Below are positions 51,242 to 59,722 of a stretch of 64,000 nucleotides of DNA, in pieces. How positions within the stretch are numbered: position 1 is the first letter of the stretch; each line of letters opens with the position of its first letter. Source of the DNA: Nitrospinaceae bacterium. GTDB taxonomy: Bacteria > Nitrospinota > Nitrospinia > Nitrospinales > VA-1. The stretch spans positions 64,001 to 128,000 of the forward strand of contig JBHHVU010000001.1 in the NCBI GenBank assembly GCA_046754465.1, written 5' to 3'. The position numbers and the translations under genes are program-made. The notes under the pieces are model-generated. The model saw only the letters and a program-made list of their open reading frames with translations. It did not search any database and was not told where the DNA came from.

Positions 51242-52093
51242 TTATTTTTTCATGATAAAGCCGGTGGCACAACGGAATCCGACATTTTCAAAAAATTCAT
51301 CGGGCGGCACCTCCGTACGGTTGAAGGCGTAACGGTAGGCTTCCAAAAAATAATGCCCCGCCTTCTGGAATCCGTTTCCCCTCAACACCTTGAAGGTCTT
51401 GCCAAAGCGCGGGTCCCGATACGGGTTTTCGGGATAGGCCCGGTACCAGTCCCGCGTCCACTCCATGACATTTCCAGCCATGCCGTAAACCTGGTAGGGG
51501 CTGACATCCCCCGGGTACTGACTCACGGGAACCGTTTCCCTGGCCCCTTCGATCCCTATATTGGCTTTTCCCTTTTCATACGTATTGCCCCAGGGATAGA
51601 GTTGTCCCGCCGTCCCCCGAGCCGCCTTTTCCCACTGCGCCTCGGTGGGCAATTGTTTATGGGCCCACATGGCATAAGACCAGGCTTCGCGCCAGGTGAT
51701 ATTGGTAACCGGATGATCCCCCTTCCCTTCAGGATAAGTTCCGTCCTGCCAATGCGAGGGGGTCTCCGTAAATTCGGCCTCATCGATGAATCGTTTATAT
51801 TCCCGGTTGGTCACTTCATACCGGTCAATGTAATAGGCGTCCAGATAAACTTTTCTCTCAGGATGCTGGTCCAGGTACAAGGGCTTGACCGTACCGATTT
51901 TCTGGTGGGTATTTTCGGGATCGGTCTTGTTCGTTCCCATGATGAATTCACCGCCGGGGATGAGGACCATTTCTTTTCCATCGATCCCGGAAGTTTTTAT
52001 GGGCGTCAGGGAATCGGTTTCCCCCTTGCAACCGGCCATGAAAATCATGAGACAAACCCAAAGGATTGGTGTATATTTTTTATTTTTCAACAT
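51242..52093 (-). CDS. FGE/SUMF1-domain lipoprotein
   Basis: MAGC lipobox, FIMG, YEVTN, LPTEAQWEKAARG, MAGNVMEW, GFRC. Confidence 0.9.
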   Translation of the reverse strand: MLKNKKYTPILWVCLMIFMAGCKGETDSLTPIKTSGIDGKEMVLIPGGEFIMGTNKTDPENTHQKIGTVKPLYLDQHPERKVYLDAYYIDRYEVTNREYKRFIDEAEFTETPSHWQDGTYPEGKGDHPVTNITWREAWSYAMWAHKQLPTEAQWEKAARGTAGQLYPWGNTYEKGKANIGIEGARETVPVSQYPGDVSPYQVYGMAGNVMEWTRDWYRAYPENPYRDPRFGKTFKVLRGNGFQKAGHYFLEAYRYAFNRTEVPPDEFFENVGFRCATGFIMKK

Positions 52094-52180
52094 TACCCCT
52101 AAACTCCCATCTGGCAACGGACCCTTGGAAATCGTTCTCCGCAAAAGGGATTTGGGCCAACGTCCCGGTCCGAACACTAT

Positions 52181-53338
52181 ATGAAAAGGCTTTACATTTT
52201 TCTATTTTTTTCCCTTGTGTCCGGATTATTCTCCGTCCCATCCCGGGCGTTTGACAAACCCCTCGCCTCCACCACCACCGGAAAAGATTATCCGCATATC
52301 CTCCGAACCGATGAGTTTTCCCTGAACACGCGAAACATCAAGGTGCTGACCGCCCAGGGGAAATACCTGTGGATGGGAACTTCCCATGGCGTGATCCGGT
52401 ACGACACCACCACCGCCATTGGTTACGAATTGTTCGACAATCAGAACGCCCTGTTGAGTAACGGGATTTTCTCGATCGTCCTGGATAAAAACCACCATGC
52501 CTGGGTGGGAACCTATGGAGGCGGGCTCAGCCATTATGACGGAACCCGATGGGTCAATATCAACACCCCCCAGGGATTGTGCGACTCCTTCGTGTACGAT
52601 CTGGAGTTCCTCGGAGATACCATGTGGATCGCCACCTGGAGCGGTGTCAACCGCGTCAGCGGGGACCCTTTTTCTCGCCAATCCTGGAAATCGTTCACCG
52701 TGGAAAACACCCACGGCGGGTTGATCGACGACTGGGTTTACGCCCTGGAAATCGGGAAAGACCGGCGCATCTGGTTCGGAACCGAATCCGGCATCTCGGT
52801 TTTCGACGGAACCAAATGGCGAAACTGGGATCACACCCGGGGTCTCGGGGCCGAATATGAAACCGTGAAGGCGGACAACCGGGGCGTGGTATCGCCTTTT
52901 CAGGGCGGCCATCACGCCACTCATGGTCCGGGCCTTCCCAACCTCGGCTCTCAGGATTACCGCCCCAATTACGTCGTGTCCATGCGGCTGGACCAGAAAA
53001 ACCGGCTCTGGATCGGGACCTGGGGCGGCGGATTGAGCGTTTTCGATACCCGGACCTTCCGGTTCCGCAATTTTACTGTTCGCGATGGGCTGCCCGGCAA
53101 CTATATCCTGGCCATTGAGGAAGGACCTCTGGGAAACTTGTGGATCGGTTCTAACGGGGGCCTGAGCCGATTCGACGGAAAGACCTTCCTTAATTATTCC
53201 GAACTCAACGGCCTGGCGAGCAATTTCACCTTCAGTATCGAATTCGCTCCGGACCATTCCCTTTGGCTGGGCGGCCACTCCGCGATGAACCGTTTGAAAA
53301 TCGATCCCCTGTCCGGAAAACTGGGGAAAGTGGATTGA
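52181..53338 (+). CDS. secreted beta-propeller (two-component regulator propeller type)
   Basis: Repeated LW(I/V)GTxxGGLS..D and GL..N; signal peptide. Confidence 0.82.
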   Translation: MKRLYIFLFFSLVSGLFSVPSRAFDKPLASTTTGKDYPHILRTDEFSLNTRNIKVLTAQGKYLWMGTSHGVIRYDTTTAIGYELFDNQNALLSNGIFSIVLDKNHHAWVGTYGGGLSHYDGTRWVNINTPQGLCDSFVYDLEFLGDTMWIATWSGVNRVSGDPFSRQSWKSFTVENTHGGLIDDWVYALEIGKDRRIWFGTESGISVFDGTKWRNWDHTRGLGAEYETVKADNRGVVSPFQGGHHATHGPGLPNLGSQDYRPNYVVSMRLDQKNRLWIGTWGGGLSVFDTRTFRFRNFTVRDGLPGNYILAIEEGPLGNLWIGSNGGLSRFDGKTFLNYSELNGLASNFTFSIEFAPDHSLWLGGHSAMNRLKIDPLSGKLGKVD

Positions 53339-53365
53339 CCCGGACCGTTCCCATCGCCATACCGG

Positions 53366-53650
53366 CTAAAAATCCTCATCGTCATCATCATCCTCTTTTA
53401 AGGCGGCGTCCACTTCCGCCTGTTCCGCCGCATCCATCAGCTCATGGATCTGCTCATAACCCGTAGCCAGTTTCTGGATATTGATGAGCAGGTTGATCAA
53501 ATCGGCCTCGGGGCATTCGCGGATCCCCGCCACCAAGGCGCCCCGCTCATCATCTCCATATTTTTCATCCCATTTATCGAAGGTGGTCAGGATCTTATCC
53601 TTGCAATGAATCAAATCGTAAAAGAAACTCTGGACCTCTATTTTAACCAT
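53366..53650 (-). CDS. hypothetical protein with acidic tail
   Basis: Clean 94-aa ORF between genes; helical. Confidence 0.65.
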   Translation of the reverse strand: MVKIEVQSFFYDLIHCKDKILTTFDKWDEKYGDDERGALVAGIRECPEADLINLLINIQKLATGYEQIHELMDAAEQAEVDAALKEDDDDDEDF

Positions 53651-53937
53651 GGATTTACCTGTGTGTATTTATGAAAAGTTTCAAGACTTAAAACTCATCC
53701 CGCAAAAAGGATGGTTACAAAAATAACATAAATCCGGGGGAAGAAAGAAACGGAAAAAGGCGGCGAGTCCGTTCCCTACCCTCCAATGTGTCCCCCCTCC
53801 ACACCGGAATATTTTCTGTTTCCCACCCCAAAATCCTGATATTATTATAAAAGAGCCGAAGGGTGGAGGCCGTCTCCACTATAGCCAATACCTTTTGAAT
53901 CAGAGAGTTGAATCGTTAAAAGGAATGAGAGCGCCTC

Positions 53938-54420
53938 ATGTCGGAAGGACAAAGATTTGTAGACAACGGTGACGGAACTTTAACCGACACCAAATATAAT
54001 AAAATGTGGTCGAAACAAGACAGTTACCAGATGCGCGGCAAATGGTTAACCTGGAAAGCGGCCAACAAATACATCAACTGGCTGAACGAACAGAAATTCG
54101 CCGGCTATGACGACTGGCGGCTTCCCAAAAACCAGGAGTGTAGAAACCTTTACGATCACGAAAGTAAAAATACGGATTTCGCGGGGGACATCGTGCATAT
54201 CGATTTTATGTTTCCCGAGGGTTGCGGGTCGACCTACTGGTGCGCGGAAGAGAACGGTATCAATGCGATGGCCTACAATTTTTACAGCGACCGGGCTTAT
54301 CTCGTGCGCAAAAAATCGTCGGACGAAGGCAACATGACCTGCCGTGCCATTCGTTCCTCAGGACCGGAAGTGAAAAAATCGGGTCGGGTTTCCCAGACGG
54401 GCCGCTCCCGGCGCGAATAA
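53938..54420 (+). CDS. DUF1566 (Lcl C-terminal) domain protein
   Basis: RFVDNGDGTLTD...MW, AGYDDWRLP, YW. Confidence 0.85.
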   Translation: MSEGQRFVDNGDGTLTDTKYNKMWSKQDSYQMRGKWLTWKAANKYINWLNEQKFAGYDDWRLPKNQECRNLYDHESKNTDFAGDIVHIDFMFPEGCGSTYWCAEENGINAMAYNFYSDRAYLVRKKSSDEGNMTCRAIRSSGPEVKKSGRVSQTGRSRRE

Positions 54421-54502
54421 TCGACAGCGGAGTTTTACCCCAACAACCTTTTTGTGGTCCCGGTCCATCCGGGCCGGTTTCACTTTCCAACCCCACAGGT
54501 TC

Positions 54503-55654
54503 ATGCCCTTCCACCGCGCAACTTATGCTGAAATCGACCTGAAGGCTTTTCGCGAAAACTTGCGGGGAGTCCGCGCCATCATCGGTCCCCAGGTCAAAAT
54601 AATGGCCGTCGTCAAAGCCGACGGTTACGGGCACGGGGCGGTTCACTGCGCCCGGGCCGCCCTGGAAGCGGGCGCCGACTCGTTGGGGGTCGCTATCCTG
54701 GAAGAAGGCATCGAACTGAGAGAAAACAATATTCGTGCCCCGATCCTTCTGCTCTGCGGTATTTTCCCCGATGAAATCGAGGATTTCCTCCAATATGATC
54801 TCGCAACCACCCTGTACGGCCTGCCCCTGGCGAAAGCTCTTGCTCAACAGGCGAAACAGAAGAACCAAACCGTGGCCGTACACCTCAAGACAGAAACCGG
54901 AATGGGGCGGCTGGGAATCCCGCACGAAGAGCTGTTGTGTTTTGTAAAACAAATTCAGGAATACAAGAACCTGAGGATCGAGGCCGTAGCTACGCATTTC
55001 TCCTCCGCCGACGAGGAGGAACCCGATTACACCCTCATGCAGTTGTCACGCTTCAACCAGGCCCTGAACGAGCTGCGAATGGAGGGAGTGCCCCTGCCTC
55101 TGGTGCATAGCGCCAACACCTCGGCCCTGATCCGGTTTCCCCAAAGCCGATTCAACATGGTGCGGCCGGGAATTCTCCTCTACGGCGCCCTTCCCTCTCC
55201 CGGACTGCAAACTGATCTGATTTCCGCGAAGACATCCACCTGGGACGGCGATTTCCAACCCGTCATGCATTGGAAAAGCAAAATCCTGCAGATCAATGAA
55301 GTTCCCAAGGGGTGCGCGTTGAGTTATGGGGGTCGATTCGTGACAAAAGAAAACAGCCGCATCGCTGTTCTGCCCGTGGGCTATGCCGATGGCTTGAACC
55401 GAAGGCTCTCAAACAAAATGAAGGTCCTGGTCCGGGGAACACCCGTTCCCCAGGTGGGAACGATCTGCATGGACCTTTGCCTGGCCGATGTGACCGGCGT
55501 CCCGGAAGCGGAGGTGGGAGACGAAGTGGTGCTTTTCGGACGCCAAGGAAAAGCGGTGATTACCGTGGATGAAATGGCCCAATGGGCCGATACCCTCTCC
55601 TACGAAATCCTTTGCAACGTTGGCAAACGCGTCCCCAGAGTGTACCTGACTTGA
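54503..55654 (+). CDS. alr: alanine racemase
   Basis: AVVKADGYGHG, TGMGRLG, VRPGI, GYADG, ICMD, YEILC. Confidence 0.97.
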   Translation: MPFHRATYAEIDLKAFRENLRGVRAIIGPQVKIMAVVKADGYGHGAVHCARAALEAGADSLGVAILEEGIELRENNIRAPILLLCGIFPDEIEDFLQYDLATTLYGLPLAKALAQQAKQKNQTVAVHLKTETGMGRLGIPHEELLCFVKQIQEYKNLRIEAVATHFSSADEEEPDYTLMQLSRFNQALNELRMEGVPLPLVHSANTSALIRFPQSRFNMVRPGILLYGALPSPGLQTDLISAKTSTWDGDFQPVMHWKSKILQINEVPKGCALSYGGRFVTKENSRIAVLPVGYADGLNRRLSNKMKVLVRGTPVPQVGTICMDLCLADVTGVPEAEVGDEVVLFGRQGKAVITVDEMAQWADTLSYEILCNVGKRVPRVYLT

Positions 55655-55663
55655 CCGGCAAGT

Positions 55664-56590
55664 TCATGCCTCCGGTCTCAGGTCGGTGATTTTGCTCCAC
55701 CCCCGGGTTTTGCAATAGGCGTGGAGGCCGTCGAGGACTTTCATGGTGACCGCGGGATCGATGAAATTGGCGGTGCCGATTTGAATGGCCGCCGCCCCGG
55801 CCATCAGAAATTCCACCGCGTCCTCCCAGGTGGAGATCCCTCCCATCCCGATTACAGGGATATTCACGGCACGGACGGTTTTGTAAACCATGTACAGGGC
55901 GATGGGCTTGATCGCGGGTCCCGACAATCCTCCGGTCCGATTGGCCAGCCAGGGCTTTCCGGTTTCCAGGTCGATCGCCATGCCGATCTGAGTATTGATC
56001 AGCGACAAGGCGTCGGCTCCCGCCTCTTCCGCCGCCCGGGCGATTTCGGCAATGTCCTTCACATTGGGAGACAATTTGACGATCAGGAGTTTGTCCGTGG
56101 ATTGGCGCACCGCCCGCACCAGTTGGCGAACGATTCCGGGTTCGGAACTGAACTGGACGCCCCCCTCCTCGACGTTTGGACAGGAAATATTCATCTCCAA
56201 CCCGTCGATCCTGTCCACATCCGACAATTTCGAGGCCATTTCCGCGTATTCTCCGATGGTATCTCCGAAGAAATTTACCAGGATGCGGGTCTTATATCCC
56301 CGCAGGTGGGGCAGTTTACCGTTTAAAAAATTTTCCAGACCAATGTTTTCCAATCCGATGGCGTTGAGCATGCCGGAGGAGGTTTCGACCATCCGAGGCA
56401 CGGGGTTGCCCATTCGGGGTTTCAGGGATAATCCCTTGGTCGCGAACCCACCCAACCGGTCCAGGTCCACGAAAGGGGCGTATTCCAGCCCGTATCCGAA
56501 GGTGCCGGAAGCTGCAATGACAGGATTGGAAAATTCGAGGGTTCCCACTCGAACCGAAAGATCCACTTTAGAATCGTCTGATCCGCTCAT
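55664..56590 (-). CDS. pyrD: dihydroorotate dehydrogenase family 1B catalytic subunit
   Basis: ASGTFGYG, NAIGLEN, NISCPN, VKLSPN, GGLSGPAIKP. Confidence 0.96.
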   Translation of the reverse strand: MSGSDDSKVDLSVRVGTLEFSNPVIAASGTFGYGLEYAPFVDLDRLGGFATKGLSLKPRMGNPVPRMVETSSGMLNAIGLENIGLENFLNGKLPHLRGYKTRILVNFFGDTIGEYAEMASKLSDVDRIDGLEMNISCPNVEEGGVQFSSEPGIVRQLVRAVRQSTDKLLIVKLSPNVKDIAEIARAAEEAGADALSLINTQIGMAIDLETGKPWLANRTGGLSGPAIKPIALYMVYKTVRAVNIPVIGMGGISTWEDAVEFLMAGAAAIQIGTANFIDPAVTMKVLDGLHAYCKTRGWSKITDLRPEA

Positions 56591-56717
56591 TCCATCTTAG
56601 ATGGCGGCAAAATTGCCTGGGTTACCCAGCCCAACCGGCCGGGCGGGGAGGGAAAATATCGTTCTAAGTCTCTCAATAACAACAAAATTGAAGAGAACAA
56701 ATTGCCCTCAATTCATA

Positions 56718-56746
56718 TTGACTCTATTTTCAAACGCCGATATACT
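56718..56746 (+). promoter_or_regulatory. sigma70-type promoter upstream of SPOR gene
   Basis: TTGACT-17 nt-TATACT. Confidence 0.6.
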
Positions 56747-56836
56747 AAATCCGATTTACAAAGGTTGAAGTGATTCAGGCGCGGTTTTTTTATCCTAACA
56801 TCCATAAGCGTTACTTTCCTCTAAAAACCCAACCCA

Positions 56837-56872
56837 AGAACCAACGGATTCCTTAGAACCAACGGATTCCTT
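56837..56872 (+). repeat. perfect 18-bp tandem duplication
   Basis: AGAACCAACGGATTCCTT x2. Confidence 0.95.
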
Positions 56873-56950
56873 CGACAAATCAGAACGAGTGCTATTTGAC
56901 GTGCGTTAGGCATAAATTAATATAAATTGCAATAAACTTAATTACATTCC

Positions 56951-58039
56951 ATGTCCGAGACCCCGCCACAAGAGGAAAATAAATACCACAAACGCATCGA
57001 CGAGTTGATCGAAGACGCCGAAATCGAAGCGGAAATCGAGGCAGAAAAGAAGATCCGCTCAAAAAACACGCGGCTCCTGACGATATCCATGATCGGCATC
57101 GCGTTACTTGTGTTTACGTATAGTCAGGTCAAGAACCGTTCCCAGGCTCCCGAACCCGAGAAAACGGCGCAGGCTCCGGCGGCCGGTTCTTCCGGGGAAA
57201 AGGCATCTTCAGAATCCCCCCCCGTTCCGCCCGATGCATCTCAAAAACCGGAAACTTCCGCGTCCACCGAATCCCAAACCAGTTCCCCCGGCGAATCCAA
57301 GCCAGGAGAAGAAAATACCGGCAGTACTCCGGAACCCCAGCCCCCGGCCGGTGAAGAACCATCCGCGGGGGAAGTGGACCAGGCCGTTGAACAGACAACG
57401 GCGACCAAAGAAAATGCCCCGCCCCAAACAGAGGGGGAAAAACCTTCCCCACCGCCAGAAACCACGAATCCTGAATCCAAAAGCGAACCCCAAGCCATCC
57501 AGGCGGCTGTTCCGCCCGCCGCTCCCAAAAGTCCGGCCCCGGAACCCATGTCCGCGGAGCCTGTTTCGCGGAGCCTCTCCGGAGCGCAGAAAAAATATTT
57601 CGTCCAGACCGGGGTTTTTTCTATCAAACAGAACGCTGAAAACTTGTCCAACAGTTTAAAGGCCAAGGGATTTCATTCTTCCATAAAGGTGCGGGAACTG
57701 AACGCCATGAGGCATACGGTATTTGTCGGCGGATTTGCCGATGAAGAAAGCGGGCTCCCACAATTGAACGACCTGAAGGCGAGCGGATTCCAACCGAAAA
57801 TGGAAAAAAAGGAAGACAACACTTACACCATCGTTCTGGGACATTTTAAAACCCAGAAACAGGCGGAAACATTTCAGGATAAATTGAGCCTCAAGGGATT
57901 CCTCTCCAGCGCGAAAAAAGGCCGGGTAAAAACCAAAATTTACGTGGTGCAGGTCGGTGGTTTTGATACTCTGGCTCAAGCCCGGAACACCAGGAAGAAA
58001 ATCGAAAAGGCGGGATTCAAAAACAGTTTCATCCGATAA
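56951..58039 (+). CDS. SPOR-domain membrane protein
   Basis: TM helix, Pro/Glu/Ser linker, four SPOR half-repeats (VQTGVF..NA..L..KGF). Confidence 0.88.
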   Translation: MSETPPQEENKYHKRIDELIEDAEIEAEIEAEKKIRSKNTRLLTISMIGIALLVFTYSQVKNRSQAPEPEKTAQAPAAGSSGEKASSESPPVPPDASQKPETSASTESQTSSPGESKPGEENTGSTPEPQPPAGEEPSAGEVDQAVEQTTATKENAPPQTEGEKPSPPPETTNPESKSEPQAIQAAVPPAAPKSPAPEPMSAEPVSRSLSGAQKKYFVQTGVFSIKQNAENLSNSLKAKGFHSSIKVRELNAMRHTVFVGGFADEESGLPQLNDLKASGFQPKMEKKEDNTYTIVLGHFKTQKQAETFQDKLSLKGFLSSAKKGRVKTKIYVVQVGGFDTLAQARNTRKKIEKAGFKNSFIR

Positions 58040-58255
58040 GTAAGAAAGTCCGGTCCCCCCAACGGCAAAATTTTGAACGCCTGCGGTGATGCGGTCCGGC
58101 GCCTGACCCTTGATTTTTCGTGGGAAAACCTTGGTATTTAAAGGGGTTCCCGCGACAGAGCAACACAGCCCCTGGAAAATTTTTTTTAGTGATCGGGCCA
58201 ATTATATTTTATAATACAATCCAGCCAAAACTCTAGTCCAGTAAAGGAGCCATAC

Positions 58256-58603
58256 ATGAATAATTCAGTCTTCTCAGTTCCGGCACTTATATTTTCCCTT
58301 TTATTGATTCTTCCCACCACGGGTTGGAGCCACGAAGGCGAACACGATTCGAAGGACGATCATGAAAAAAGTTCCATGAGCCAGAAGAAGTTCGAGGAAG
58401 GAAGCGGCTCTTCCGCCCTGGATTATTCGCGCGAAGGAGAAGAACATAAGGGTGACCTTGAGGGCAAATGGAGCAAGGAATACTCCGGTAAGGAGCAACA
58501 TCAAAAAGAATATGAAGCCGAGGAAGGAAGCCGGAGCAAAAGTGGGGTGCCCCAAAAAACCAGCCCCTCTCCAAGAAGGAGCGAAGGCAGCGCCTCGCGC
58601 TGA
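58256..58603 (+). CDS. small secreted charged protein
   Basis: AAGGAG RBS, signal peptide, His/Glu-rich, EGS motifs. Confidence 0.7.
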   Translation: MNNSVFSVPALIFSLLLILPTTGWSHEGEHDSKDDHEKSSMSQKKFEEGSGSSALDYSREGEEHKGDLEGKWSKEYSGKEQHQKEYEAEEGSRSKSGVPQKTSPSPRRSEGSASR

Positions 58604-58658
58604 ACCTTCCCCCCTCTGCGAGTGTTACCTCGAATCCACACACCACGATTTATCGATG

Positions 58659-58687
58659 AAGCGCCCCGCGTGGGGCGCTTTATTTTA
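58659..58687 (+). terminator. rho-independent terminator
   Basis: AAGCGCCCC-GCGT-GGGGCGCTT followed by TATTTT. Confidence 0.75.
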
Positions 58688-58782
58688 TAGACTCTCCCGT
58701 TTTCAATCTTCCCTGTCTGAAGGTATATGAACGGGGAAAACCTTTTTCCGGCCAACCGGATACCCTGCAATTTCATGGAATC

Positions 58783-59721
58783 GTGATGCTATTCCACCTG
58801 TTTCTGTTGATACTGGGCCTGCCCCTTCTGTATTACGGAGGGGATTTGTTAATCACCGGCAGCATCCGTATTTCCCGCAACCTGAAAATCAGCCCATTTA
58901 TCATTGGGGCCACGGTGGTGGGCTTCGGAACATCCGCACCGGAACTCGCGGTTTCCATCCTGGCAGCAATTCAGGGATCCCCCGAACTGGCCCTGGGAAA
59001 CGTGATCGGAAGCAATATCGCCAATGTCGGGTTGGTCCTGGGGTTGACGGCCCTCATCATTCCCCTCACGATCGGAAAACAGCGGTTAAAGGAAGAATCC
59101 CCTCCCTTTATTTTTACTACCGGGTTGGTCATGGTCCTTGTCTGGGATTCCCACTTGAACCGCCTCGAAGGGGGTATCATGGTGGTATTGATGATGGCCT
59201 ATTTATGGAATTCATTCCGCAAAAAGGAGGAATCCGAATTCCTTGTCGAGGAGGAAACGTTCCTGGCAGAAAAGGGCATGGGGATCCAGGCGGCTCTCAT
59301 TCTGGCCGGATTGGGCCTTTTGATTTTTGGGGCCAAATGTCTCGTCGATGGGGCGGTGGGAATCGCCACCCAACTCGGCATCAGCGAATGGTTCATCGGC
59401 ATCACCATCGTCGCCCTGGGCACCAGTCTCCCGGAGATCGTGTCTTCCCTGATGGCGGCCAAACGGGGTCACGGCGAGATGGCTATCGGAAACGTTGTCG
59501 GCAGCAACATCTTCAATAGCCTGCTGGTCCTGGGAGTCACGGCGTCCATCCAACCCCTGGATATTCTGGAACCCATCCACACCGACTTGATGATCACCAC
59601 CGCCCTTTCCTGTCTGCTTTTGATCCTGATACGAATCGAGCATGAATTATCGCAACGGGACGGATTCATCCTGCTGGCCCTCTATATCGGCTATTTGGGA
59701 ATGAAAGGGATGGGGCTGTGA
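58783..59721 (+). CDS. Ca2+/Na+ antiporter (YrbG family)
   Basis: Two alpha repeats, GTSAPE..GSNIAN and GTSLPE..GSNIFN. Confidence 0.93.
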   Translation: MMLFHLFLLILGLPLLYYGGDLLITGSIRISRNLKISPFIIGATVVGFGTSAPELAVSILAAIQGSPELALGNVIGSNIANVGLVLGLTALIIPLTIGKQRLKEESPPFIFTTGLVMVLVWDSHLNRLEGGIMVVLMMAYLWNSFRKKEESEFLVEEETFLAEKGMGIQAALILAGLGLLIFGAKCLVDGAVGIATQLGISEWFIGITIVALGTSLPEIVSSLMAAKRGHGEMAIGNVVGSNIFNSLLVLGVTASIQPLDILEPIHTDLMITTALSCLLLILIRIEHELSQRDGFILLALYIGYLGMKGMGL

Positions 59722-59722
59722 A

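Noticed and set aside
56837..56872. CRISPR array
   Set aside because: Two abutting copies, no spacer and no cas genes
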